Shown: positions 12,956 to 25,230 of the stretch, in pieces
Position numbering within the stretch: position 1 is the first letter of the stretch
Layout: every line of letters begins with the position of its first letter
From: Phoronis australis
Taxonomy: Eukaryota > Animalia > Phoronida
Assembly (NCBI GenBank): GCA_002633005.1
Contig: NMRA01000011.1
Location: forward strand, 501,395-565,394
Direction: 5' to 3'
DNA: 64,000 nt
Translations under genes and position numbers: made by a program
Notes under the pieces: generated by a model
Seen by the model: only the letters and a program-made list of their open reading frames with translations
The model's database searches: none
Told to the model about the DNA's origin: nothing

Positions 12956-13816
12956 GTATACTAATTATAGTCTCCCGTGAAACATAGTTAACATATACTG
13001 CTATTACAGAGTGCACTTGACACTCAGTCTAAACGAACGCAGTGTTAGGCCAGGCTGTAATAGTTGTATAATAATGTGCTTTATTTCATGTTTGGCTCAT
13101 CTGTTCACAAACCGTTCTGAGGTATAAGCCTTCTCAGAAAAGAAAGACAAAACAATGATATGAAAGTTCTCTCCATTCCACTGAAGGGGCTGGTGGTAGT
13201 GAGATAGTGGGGTCAGAGTGTATGTAAGATAAACTTGCGATTGTCAACAGAATAGTGCCACTGTGTTTCTCTGTAACGTGCATGGTTTTTCTCAGTTTGT
13301 TCTGAATTAATGTGCCCTGTTATTAAATATGAGGGATTGATTACCGAGATATGTCACGTAAAACATAAAAACTTTTTGAAAGTTACGCCTGCTTTGATTA
13401 AGCGAAGATATCAAGTTTTCGCTACTTCAAAAAAACAAATGTTAAATTTTAGTGGAAATAAATGTTTGTGCCTGTTCTTATGATATAAGTTATGATTTGA
13501 TTGAATATTGGGCTTTGTTGTTCTTTCAAGACTTAAGTTTGACAGACTTGGTTGTCTTAGCTTGGCTGTTGTGCACCACTGCCTGTGTCTGTTCTACATA
13601 GGTCTTCCTTCCCTGCATGCCTTGTGTGCTTTAGTATAGTCCTCTATTGTAGCTTTGTAAAGTTGATTGATAAAGATATGACTGTCTCTGGTTGGTCACT
13701 TATTCACATTTCAGACTTCTCAAGTCTTTTTACCAAAAAGCTTTTCCTGGATGAATATTGAATGTTGTCCACCAATAAATGACTCTAGTGCCATCTAGAC
13801 ATAATTTTTTTCATTA

Positions 13817-14180
13817 CCGGGAATTTCCAAAAAACAGGCCCACCCAAGTACACCCATGTGCGTATTTTCGATGACTGTTTACATGTATTGGTTTGAAAAT
13901 ATAGTGGATTGCTCTGAAGTAGGTAATGTAATGTTTTGATGTAAAATTTTGTTTATCTATATTTTGGGATTGCAGTTTCACTTAAATGATGTAACAAGAT
14001 ATTGGGCGACTTAATGTTTGCTAGCTAACTGATTAGCACAGTGTGAAGGGCAGTTTTAAAATAAGCCTCTCCCCACTTTTCCAAAAACATGCCCAGGTGC
14101 ATAATCAGTTTTGTTTGCCGTTTTTTGAAAGGTTGTTATCCAAATAATCCTCTCGTGGGCCTATTTTCGGAAATTCCCGG
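13817..14180. mobile_element. MITE, Tc1/mariner/pogo-like
   Basis: Imperfect TIRs CCGGGAATTTCC..AGGCCCA / TGGGCCT..GGAAATTCCCGG flanked by TA at both ends. Confidence 0.7.
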
Positions 14181-14548
14181 TATGCCCGATTGGAAAATGG
14201 CTTGTGGCACTAGACATTTTGGTGATTCTGTGAAGTCTCGGTGAAAGAAACTCAATTTCATCCACCCACTTAACTTCAGAAATAAGGTCACTTCAATCTC
14301 GAAGGCTCATCACATGTACCCAAGTTCGAGATTTTAAAGGTCAAAGGGGAAAACGGTTGTACTGCATTCCAGAAGTGTGTGTGCATTGAATACAAACAGT
14401 CAGATCTTTGTTGTTTGGAGATTAAAAAGCATGTTAAATGCTTGGCTTTGTTTTTGCAAGTCCTAAACTCAAACTTGTGGAATAGTCATTAAATGTTTTA
14501 AACACTGCTTGGAAGTGTAATGTAATCATTGTTGATGTCAATTTGTAG

Positions 14549-14624
14549 GCCGTAAGCAAGAAATCATTCGAGCTACAGAGCAACTCTTGAGCTACATTTC
14601 AAATGGAGATTATGATGGCTACAC
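14549..14624 (+). CDS. CAMK2: CaMKII hub cassette 1, exon A: RKQEIIRATEQLLSYISNGDYDGYT
   Basis: AG at 14547-14548, GTAAGT at 14625, 76 nt, phase 1-2; homologous to [25 protein letters not shown]. Confidence 0.95.
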
Positions 14625-14808
14625 GTAAGTACCTAGTTCTGAGTGAGCATACTGGCTCAAGATGTTTCGAGCTCTGGCTTCTCAACATGAGTTGCGCAGT
14701 GTTAGGTCGACATTTTTCAAACTGTATCTTCTCAACGTGTGTTGAGGTATGCTTCTCTACATGTACTGAAGTCTGTGTATTCAACATATGTTGAGCTTTG
14801 CCTTTTTT

Positions 14809-15974
14809 ATTCTCCCACAAATTTATATGTGGGTGCATATTGCCGTCATCTCTGTCCGGGCGTCCGCGGCTGTATCTCCTAAACGCCTTGCAGGATCTTA
14901 TTGAAATTTGGCAAGTGTGTTCCTATGGGGTTGACGATAGAGGGCGACGAGTTTCGGACCGACCCGAATACCGCTGTGCATCCTGGTGGCAATTTTAGTT
15001 TTGTACGTTTGCCTCTGTGTCTTGAAAGGTCCTCAACCGATTTTCATCAGATTTGGCTCATAGGCGTCTATTAATGAGATGACGCTATCCTTTCGTTTTC
15101 GGATGGATTCGAGGTATTTTGCGCTTCCTAGTGGCCATTTTCACTGTTTTCGAGTCTGTTTTTTGGCGTCCATCCCTCCATCAAAATTGTCATGTATGTT
15201 CTTACTATGAAGTGGACGGCTGACGATGGTTTTCTGTTGACTTCAACTACTGTGGCGCCTCCAAGTGGCAATTTTGTTTTTGTTTGCACCTATGGCTGTA
15301 TCTCCTAAACCGTTTGCAGGATCTTTACTAAATTTACTAAGTGTATTTATATGATGTAAATAACGCAGGATGATGACTATCAGACAGATCTGACTACTGG
15401 TGTGCCACCTAGTGGCAATTTTATTTTTTTACGTTTACCTCTCTATCTTCAAGGGTCCTCAATGTATTTTCATAAAATTTGGCATACTGGCATCTGTTAA
15501 TGAGGTGACGCCATCTCTCCATTTTCAGATGGATTCGACCTAGTTTGCGCCACCTAGTGGCCATTTTTACTGTTTTCGAGTCTGTTTTTTTGGCGTCCAC
15601 TCATCTATCAACCAAACCGCTTTATGGATAATTGTGAAAATTGGCATGTGTGTTTTTACTATGAAGCTCCTGTTTTGGAATGGAATCTAGGTATTATGCG
15701 CCACCTAGTGACCATTTTTGCTGTTTTCAAACCCTGGTTAACCAAATCCTCCTAGGGATGGTATTGTGAAGAGGACGTTTGATGATGGCGACTGACTGCT
15801 GTGGCGCCTCCTAGTGGTAGCTCTGTTTTGTTTTGCATCCATAGCTGTATTTGGATGGATTGTACGTTTTTGCGCCATCTAGTAGCCATTTTTATGATGC
15901 AAATAAATAACCCTAAAAGCACACCATTTGCCATGCATTCATGGGCGCATTTCAACGCTCCGCGTTGCTCTTGT
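14809..15974 (+). mobile_element. Helentron-associated interspersed element (HINE/DINE-1-like) with internal tandem repeats
   Basis: 5' CCCACA..TGTGGG stem, GTCC microsatellite, internal repeats with CCACCTAGTGG, 3' TGGGCGCAT + CAACGC-TCC-GCGTTG hairpin; inserted into a degenerate TCTCAACATG..GAGCTCTG array (14640-14800, 15975-16200). Confidence 0.75.
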
Positions 15975-16429
15975 AGCATGTTTCAAGCTCTGTCTTTTTG
16001 GCATGTGATGAGCTATGCAACTCAACAGGTGATGAGCTCTGTCTTCTCGATTTGCACATTTTCTGGGCCTTGCCTTCTCTACATGTACTGAGCTCTGTTT
16101 TCTCTACATGTACTGGGTGCTGTCTGTTCATCATGTTGAGCTGTCTTCTCAAATTACGTTCAGCTCTGTCTGCATGAAATGTTCTTTGTGTTCTCATTAG
16201 TTACTCTGTAACTTGGTCGTATGTCTGAATTAAACTTAATTTCATGCACCCACAAAACATTTTATAGTTGCACATTTTCAGCAGCCTGTCCGTTCATCAT
16301 CGATCCATCTTCTGTTTGTTGTTACCTTTGAGTGTACGTCAGTTTTCTCAAAACTCGCCCGACGAACAACAGAGTTATGTGGCAATTATACTTTCACTTG
16401 GCACCAGTTAATTTGTTAGATGAATTTCA

Positions 16430-17210
16430 CTACCATGGCACCCCTGTTGGCTGTTTTAGTTAGTGATTGGATCTGACTAGTGCTGTGCCCCCTAGTGGCA
16501 ATTTTGGTATTTTACATTTGCCTCTGTGTCTTCAGAGTATCTCGACAGATGTTCATGAAATTTTGCCAATAGGTTTCTATTAAAGAGGCCGCGACAGCTT
16601 TTGATTTTCAGATGTATTCGACATATTCTGTTCCGCTTTAGTGTCCATTTTTTATTTACAAATCTTTTTTTTGGCATACACCTCTTTATCTGCCAAACAG
16701 CTCGATGGAACATAATGAAAATTAGCTGATGTGTTTCTGCTGGGAGGACCACAGCTGACATTGATTTTCGGATGTGTCCATCTGCTGTGGCTCCCCCTGG
16801 AGTGAGCATTTTTTGCATCTATGACTGTATCGCCTTTAACCTCTTGCAGGATCTTTGTGACATATGATAAGTGGTATTCATGTGAATTGACAACAGATGA
16901 GGACTTCTTTGAGACAGATCTAGCTACCACTGTGCTTCATTGTGTCAATTTTATTTTATACAATTGCCTTTGTATCTTCGCAGTTTCTGAGAGTTTTTCA
17001 TGAAATTTCGTAAATGGGTTACTGTTCGGGAGACGACAATACTTCCTATTTTCCAACATTTTCTGCACCAAGTGGCCAGTTTTATGATTCTGTAGCCGTG
17101 TATGCATTTCTACACTGCGCGTTGCTCGTGTGAAAATTAGCAGATGTGTTCCTACTAAGAAGAACACGACTGATGTTGATTTTTGGATGGGTCTGACCAC
17201 TGTGACTTTT
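16430..17210 (+). mobile_element. Degenerate HINE internal repeats
   Basis: ggatctgactagtgctgtgccccctagtggcaatttt and related units shared with 14809-15974. Confidence 0.6.
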
Positions 17211-17653
17211 TTCTCCTGCGGTTATGTCCACAGAATTACACATGTCAAAGACCATTGTCTTCATTGGTCACAGGACTGACCCCTCCTGATCTTTTTATTA
17301 CTCTATCAGGGAATCCTAGATCCACTAGTGGTGTAAAGCTTTTAGTTATCATTGTTACATCAAGATCATTGTATTTACCAGTAAATGTTGACCATTAGGT
17401 CATTCAAAATTTGTATTGTATTGTTCAACCTTTTCATAATTGTATAGTTTTGATAACAACTAATCAAGTTCTGCTAATCTGGTATTACTATTACTTAATA
17501 AGTCTTTGATTTCAAACGAACCTCACACGTGTATGTTATCTTTGTAGTTGCCGTGGAAGGTCTTTCAAGAATTACAGTTTGTGCAAGTGATGTATAAACC
17601 AGGTCCATCACTAGAGTGTTATGTAACTCAAGAGCAACTCTTGTCTGTTTCAG

Positions 17654-17748
17654 AAAAATGGTGGACTCGCACATTACATGTTTTGAGCCAGAGACTTGTG
17701 GTAACTTGGTAGAGGGTTTAGAATTTCATAAGTTCTACTTTGATACTG
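17654..17748 (+). CDS. CAMK2: CaMKII hub cassette 1, exon B: [31 protein letters not shown]
   Basis: tttcAG, GTGAGT at 17749, 95 nt, phase 2-1; FEPE..GNLVEG.FH.FYF motif. Confidence 0.95.
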
Positions 17749-18357
17749 GTGAGTCTCATATGATGGCACTGTTTTGTGCTTTTGAAGTGGCTTACTGTTC
17801 ACTTAATATCTATTGTTATTTAGCCTAGCCAAGTTGTTAGTAGTATATCTTATGTCAACCATGTCCATGTGAAGGTGGCCTTACAGTTGCTGAGATTTTA
17901 GTAACTGTACTGACAGTTGTTTGAACTTGTTTATGATTTCGGTGACTCTTGGTGACCTGGGAATCACTTTGTGGTAAGTGATGTGTAGTGTTTCAAAATA
18001 ACACTGCATTGTGGGGGTCATGTTCTCCTTAACAAAGCATGGCACATGTGGGATTAAACATTGGCTATCTCACAAACCAGCAAAATTCTAAAGGAGTTTG
18101 TGTGGCTGAACTTGTGACCGCAGTTTTTGGTTTGGGACTTTATGACAGGCTTTTAAATCTAGGCTGCATCTGTGTTTACCTGTTGACATTTTTTACTAGT
18201 TCCATTTGTATCTTATTACATAGCATTATTCTTACCCTTTAATTCAGTTCTTTACTAGAGGATTAACAATAGGGGGTGGTACTAACTAAAGGTTAGACTG
18301 AACATTATGATGAGTGGTACTAATGCACGTATTTTAGTTATTCCTTCTTTATTCCAG

Positions 18358-18472
18358 TTCTTTCCAAAAACAGTCGGCCTCGCAACACTACCATACTGAA
18401 CCCAACGGTTCACTTGTTAACAGAAGACTCTGCATGCATAGCATATGTACGCCTCACTCAGATCTTAAACAA
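18358..18472 (+). CDS. CAMK2: CaMKII hub cassette 1, exon C: VLSKNSRPRNTTILNPTVHLLTEDSACIAYVRLTQILNK
   Basis: ttccAG, GTGAGT at 18473, 115 nt, phase 1-2; TTILNP.VHL..ACIAY.RLTQ motif. Confidence 0.95.
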
Positions 18473-18563
18473 GTGAGTATAAGTTACTTACTAGGTTGAT
18501 GCCGAAATAGTTTTTTTGCATTATTTATAAATTATTTTACTGACTGTTTTGTTGTCAGTTTTT

Positions 18564-19050
18564 ATGTGCCCAGGTTTATTACGTATAATTGTATGCATAT
18601 TGCCATCATCTCTGTCTGGCATGTGCTCCCTCCTATATTTCCAAAACCCCTTGGAGGATCTTCATGAAAGTTGTCAGTTTTTCTTTGGAGCTAGATAACA
18701 GGTGACAACCATTGATTGTGGATCTGACTACCGCTGTGTCCCTAGTGGCCGTTATAGTATTTTATATTATTTTGTCTAATGTATCTTCGAACTTGCTTGA
18801 CCGGATTGTCATAAAATTTGGCAAATGGGTGTCCATTAAGAAAACTGTAGTTCACTCTCATTTTTGAATGGTTTTTACCTATGTTGTCCACCTACTGGCT
18901 GTTTTCATTATTTACAATTCTGTTTTAGGTCCAACTTTCTGCCTGCCAATCCAATGAAAGAATCACAAAATTAGCAGGAGGACTGCTGACCTTGATTTTC
19001 ATTTGGCACCTCCTAGTAGCAACTTTTTGCTTCCGTGGCCGGATTTTTCG
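18564..19050 (+). mobile_element. Degenerate HINE copy
   Basis: tttttatgtgccca..tgccatcatctctgtctg 5' end and CCTAGTGG units. Confidence 0.55.
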
Positions 19051-19376
19051 AGAAATTTAGCAGATTTTTTATGCTCACATCTGTTTGGTCATTCTGTGCA
19101 GGCGTCAGTTTGTCTGGATGTCCGCTCAATATTGCAAAAGCACTAGTTGTATCTTGATAAAATTTGGCACAAGTGTGTAGTGCATAACTAGAACGGAATG
19201 TGCCACTTTTCAATCTGTGTCTCCCCCACCATCCAGGCCAGGGGGCAGGCTTTTCAGTGTTCAGGAAAAGAATTTTTCCTGATGATATCTAGTGAACCCT
19301 GCCACCGAGTCATGTGACTACAATGCGCTGGAACTAGTCAACTCTTAGTTCCACGTCGTCTGCTCCCCGTGTTAGT

Positions 19377-19708
19377 CAGGGCTTGGAATTTTCAGCGGAA
19401 ACGCGGATTTCCGCTTTTTTCAAATGTTCTGTCCGCGCATTTTATTATATTTCCGCGTAAAAAAAAATCGGATTTGATATAAAATTTCCTTGGCAAATTT
19501 GTTGTTTACCGCGGCGTTGCCGACGACGTTCACCTCGAAAAGCGGAAGTTGCTCTTTATGTTTCGGAGGAACGTAAATTGTCAACATTGCCGGGGCATCT
19601 GGGATAGCGTGGTGGGATTTTCAATGGCGACTCGTGTGATTGTAAACCGCGCATGCTTTGGGCCGTAAAAGTTTCCGCGTTATTTGCCGTTGGTCATTCC
19701 AAGCCCTG
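19377..19708. mobile_element. MITE with 13-bp TIRs and a 6-bp target-site duplication
   Basis: CAGGGCTTGGAAT ... ATTCCAAGCCCTG flanked by GTTAGT (19371-19376 and 19709-19714). Confidence 0.85.
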
Positions 19709-20780
19709 GTTAGTTTAGATAAGCCACATGTTATTGGGGGAAGAGCATTTCCCTATCATGTCTAAGGAACGAACTGACAGATTTCAAAGAAAGTTGACAG
19801 TGGTATGTGACCGACAAGTGTGTCAGCACCTGTCAATTTTCTGGTAATTTTAACAACCAGTTGATTTTCAGGCATATTCGACCTTTGCAGCACCTCCTAG
19901 TGGCTGTTTTCATCTCAATAAGGAGCTTTTTTGTTTCTTTGTAAGGAAGAGCATTTCAGAATCATATCTGGAAAACCAAATGTTAGATTTCAATGGAACT
20001 TGAGTCATAGGTATGTGAAGGCATGTTGCTAGCACCTGTCAATTTTCACCACCTAGTGTCCATCACCAGGGCGTTTGATATCACTTTAGTACCCTGTCTC
20101 TGGAGGTTTGAGGAGCGATATTTTAGTGAACTGAGAGTCTGATTTCAGTGAAACTTGACACAGAGCACTGGTCAAATTTCGGGTGGATTTATTTCACCTC
20201 TGCAACAGCCCCTAGTGGTCGTTTTAGTATCTACACTCGAAATGACTAGGCGACATACTGAACCTTGTCTAGAGCAATAACCATATGTTGCTTCTTCTCA
20301 AGTCCATAAGTCACTTTTGCATGAGAAAGCATCAAGTTGACCAGCATGTCAGGAGGCTGAGTCTAAATCTAAATTTGAAATGTCAACACAACCACTTGCA
20401 ATCATAAGGACCAACTCGAGATATAGACCATTTTCCGTTATGAAATCGGTCTCGAATCATCTCAGTCAAGTTTGGCTGGAGTTGATTTCATAACTTCTGA
20501 AGAACTAGTGTTTTAGACCAAGCTCTACAAGGTAGCATGTCATTTTATGCCACAAGCTTAGGATCATGCAATAACAATTTGATCTCCATATCCAGAAATC
20601 ACTTCTCCTCTCAAGTAAAGAATAAGTCAAGATCAATGTTATAACATTAAGTCAACGGGAGTATACCAAAACTTGGTTTCTTGGACAAAACGCAGGTTTA
20701 TAGCCGTTAGAAGGGAGTGGTTAAGTGTTTAGTCCACAGAGCAAGTAATTTGAACACCATTTAATCTTTTTTATTTCTAG

Positions 20781-20892
20781 AGATGGAATCCCTCGAACTA
20801 TACAGTCGGAAGAGACAAGGGTTTGGGTCCGAAAGGAGGGACAGTGGATTAACGTTCACCTTCATCGCTCCGAGGTTACTCCCGCTGTTTAA
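20781..20892 (+). CDS. CAMK2: CaMKII hub cassette 1, terminal exon D: [36 protein letters not shown]
   Basis: tttctAG at 20779-20780, phase 2, TAA at 20890-20892; [15 protein letters not shown] motif; several downstream AATAAA (e.g. 23971). Confidence 0.95.
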
Positions 20893-23800
20893 TGGTGTCA
20901 ACAGGGGAAGCAAATGCTTCTCATTTATGCCAGAGAGTGGAACAAGTAATCCCGAATCTCTTATGTAAAGAGATACAGTTAACGACGAGGTGGCCTGAGG
21001 CACAAAACACAAAAGTTTTCTTTAGATAATTTGTGTGTGTGCGTGCGCGTGTGTGTGTGCCCCACTCTGCACATAAGGTCTAGCAACGCCTCCCTGTGTG
21101 TAGAATCTCAGCAGGGTGGTGTATGCTTATTGTGATGAGGTGATCGCCATGGTTGCGACCTTTGAACTTGTTTGACTATTTGATACATCTCTTTGTTTAT
21201 GTGTCCTTGTGATTGAGGAGATGTCAGGTGTTGATATAATTGCTGTTATTGTAATCTTTTTGCTCTGAAATTCTGCAGTTGGATTTAAATCATTTTGGTA
21301 AATATTATCGTGCTTTTAGAGTGCAATACTCCGACACTGTGAATCAAACGTTAAACTGCTCAATTTTTCTGAATGTTAGTAAATCGATGTAATCAAAATT
21401 CTATTTGCGGGGTTTACCTCTTCGTTTCTGACCTCTGGATTTTTTGAATGTCTTAATTAGGACTTGTAGTGACTTGTTGTGTTGCCGTACATTGGTTGTA
21501 GATTCTGTATTTGTGGCTATACAAACTGTCCTCGTGAACATCACAAAGAATTGACTGATTTACTTGTATAATGTTTGTGCAATGACTCCACTTTACTCTT
21601 GTAGAATGTTTGGTTCACATGTTGTGTAGGTTATCGAGTAAAACTGTGGTTAGTTGGTGTATCTGTGTGGTTATTGGTGATCATTTGAATAAGATGCAAA
21701 GTTTTTGTAACGTCAGTTGCTCCAGCATTTCAACTATGTTGTTGTTGTTGTTTGTTTGCTAAGGCTGCGTATCCTTATGGCACTTCTAGTGTTCAGCAGT
21801 TGATGATGTCTGGTAAATGCATTCCATCTGTATCCAGTCGAATACAAGACAAAACTAAAGGTGATGTGGTAAATATTCTTCAGTTTGGGAAAGTCTCTAA
21901 AATTGGGGACATGGAAATTCAAGCGGAAATAGAATTTTCTTGATTCTGAAGATGGGGGTTTTGGCTTTTGTGATATTTCTCAAAATTTGGACTCTGCATT
22001 TGTGTATCAACAGAGTCTGAAAATAGGCTTGACAGATCATTGTCAGAAAAAGCTGTCAACACAAATTTGTCTTGCGTCTTCATAGTATGTACAATGAGGA
22101 GAATGATCTTTTGTCATTGGTAGTAATCCTTGAATTGATTCTAAAATTTGGTGCAAGTTCTTACCTTGAGCAAAGTAATTAAATTTTTTGTGTCCCAAAA
22201 TGGAGAATTTTCACAGTAGTGTCACTGGAGACAACTCGCTCGCTTTTTCTTCCACAACAAATGTCGGATTAGAATCTTGGTTCATTGAACTCCATTGCGG
22301 TGTCATAACTGTACCTTTTGTTTGTTAATATTACTGAACTTGTCCATTTTGATATCCACAGTTTGGAAGAGCTGCAACATTCTTTCCTGGAAATGTATCG
22401 ACACTTGGTGAAATTGGAGAATTAGACAAATGTAAAAAGATGCTTGAAAAACCAGCAATTGTTTCTGTAAAAGTTTGATAATTTTGAGCTTCATTTAAGG
22501 TTTGTCTTGATGAAAACCGCATTTCGCCATCATTTAACAGTCTATGTTGAATTCTTAACCGAAGCACTTAAGGGTTTAAAAACATTACCGCTTTCATTGG
22601 ATCTTGAGTTGTTGTTGAATAAGCAAGCAACTCGCGTCAAAGGCAAAGCACATATGGGCCATTTTCGAGTCAGCAGCTTTAGGGTTGTTCAACCACATTA
22701 AACTGATACCTTTTATGGAATAGCTGATGTTTTTGGGTGTTCTTGTTGGTAGCAAAAATAAAGTGAGACCGATTTTATGTTGAAGGTCCAATTTGGTGTG
22801 GCTTTGTAGCTATATAAACAGGGTGACATGCAGCTTTAAATATATTGAATGTTATTCAGAGTCTTGTCAGCTCTCCTAGCCAGGTCCACTTGTGTCAGGC
22901 TGTGTGGTAAGTGGTTTATTATAGCAGTTAAGTTTATACAAAAATGTAACATTTGAGGCTTAGAGATATTAAATAGGCTCGATTCATACAAATGATATGT
23001 ATAGATAGTTATTTTGTAAAGGTCTATCTTCTGAAGCTAGAAATGGTATTACCTAACCTCTGTGTTGGGGAAGTTTGGCTTATGATCATGTCGGCCTAAT
23101 CAAACATGTTGTTATGGTTTTGGTTGTAGTTTAGTGCCTGCCAGTTTCTTCTGAGTTGGAAATGGGATATAAATTTACATAAAGTACTAAAGTTTGACTT
23201 GCTTGTGCCTGGACCTGCGATCTTGTGTGGAGTGGTTCACGGCTGTTTTTTCGAATACTTTGTAGTTGATAGCTCTTGTTGTTTTTTATGTTTCAAACAT
23301 ATATGAACTCCAATGTGTTTGTATTGGTTTGGGGGCATTCTTGAGGCTTGTTGATCAAAAATTGAAGCGTTAAAACCTCCACTGCACACTTTTTACAACT
23401 TTGGCCTACACTATATAATTATGGTAACATATCACCAATCTGGGACACAATACAACGAACAAGTGAAATTTTATTTTTGAAGTCTTTCCATGAAAATACC
23501 TTGCACCAACTTACTATATCATTCTAAGTTCTTCATCCTGTTTACCTGTAGGAAAGGTCTGGGATATGGCATTCCTAAGACTGTTAGAAGCCTTCAAAAA
23601 TAAAAAGTCAATCTTGACAGTTGTTTGTTTTAAATTGGTGGGAATTTACCGTAATTTAATTCCACATTAGTTTTTTTGGCACCATGAATGCTGTAGATGT
23701 AATTGTGAATACTTCTCCCTTTGATTTAATTTTGATTTCTAACCACTTGTTGAGCTGATCTAGGGATTAGTTGCTATCTGATCACTTTGTGAAAGTCCAA

Positions 23801-24689
23801 CCACCTTCATGTTGATATGTACTGACTAATCATTTCACTGACTAAGCAGTATTTATTGACTAATTACTCTTTTCTTATTGTGATACTAGTGTAGAAATCG
23901 TGCTTCTCACTGTGATTCTTAAGTACTTTAGACTCTTGAATTTGTGTAACTTTCTGACGTTTACTTGATCAATAAAATATTCAATTTGTAAGTTCACAGT
24001 CACCAGGTGCTATACCAGACCTGAGAACAATGGGCAAAGACCTAATACCATTTCGCCAGTCTTTTGCTGCTCCCCCGGCCATGGATCCCAAATTTCAGAT
24101 TCAAAGGAAAACCGGCAGAGGCAGTCGCAAGAAACTTGGGTACCTTTATTCCTACAAAATTTCATCAGAAATGGTCACTTTTAAGACCTAAAAACATTAA
24201 GCTGTAGGGAATAATTTTGACCTTTAAGTGTAACTTGCACGCTAATTCCATATCTCTAATTGCTTGGTCAAATTAGTTAGAACCACTGCATATAGTGACT
24301 ATGTGCATAACAAGCAGGTTAAAAATTGCCAAATGTGTTTAAGAACGAGTTTTGTGTCGAAAATGATGTGCCGTAATCACTCAACTGTGTCCAGCAAGTA
24401 TCGTGGCGTGGTGTCGGGGATTAACACACTGCATTATGCGGGCTGTTAAGTGAGCCCCCGAGGTACCTCATTGGTACCAAGGTCACCTATTTGCAGAACT
24501 TTTTTCACATTTACAAGTTGTCAATGAATACAACTGCACTTTGTTTAGCGTACATGATGTTCAAATAGCATTCAATGTGTCGTTTAGTTCCTGCTATACC
24601 TAAGCGTGGTTAGGACCATGCTAATACATCTTTAAGGGTGCGATAAAGATATACTGCCAAAACCATTCTTGAGGTGATGCAAAGATAAG

Positions 24690-25230
24690 GCAATCCCAGA
24701 ACAGAACCTTGCTGGACGCCATTTGTAAATTGTTACCTGCGTATTTATACAATTTGACGATGAAATGAATTGTCGTTTGCAAATATATGAAATAACGAAA
24801 GTCCCAGAACAGAACCTTGCGGGACGCCTTTTTTACATTTAACCATTTTGTTTTTCAAAGAGAAGACCCTGGGACATTGTTTTCGGTCAGATACGTATGA
24901 CGGAAGTGAATTTGAAACTATAGGGGAAATGCTGAACGCAATCCACTTAAAAATCAAAAGTTTGTGTGACAGACAATCAAAACCTTTGGGTAAATCAATC
25001 AATAAACAACTTGCTGACTCACTATTGTTTAATTTTTTCTTAACACTTTCGAGGAGTCAAATTAGGGCGTATTTTCTTGTCAACCATAACCCGGCCGAAA
25101 GGCGCATAGGTTTTCAGATATTTTTTGAAGACAGTTTTTCGTACAATGGGCGTCGAGAATTTGATTTGTCGAGAGACGAATGCTGATAGGTCTGTAAGGG
25201 CAGAGCCAAGGTTTTGAAAACGAGTAATCG
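24690..25230 (-). mobile_element. Decayed non-LTR retrotransposon reverse transcriptase fragment (CR1/L2-like)
   Basis: YRPIS..AFRPGYG, IDLPKGFDCLSH and GVPQGSVLGLSLFHIFAND motifs split over frames. Confidence 0.8.

Noticed and set aside
20878-20892. Class I PDZ-binding motif at the hub 1 C-terminus (TPAV)
   Set aside because: Position -2 is Pro, not Ser/Thr
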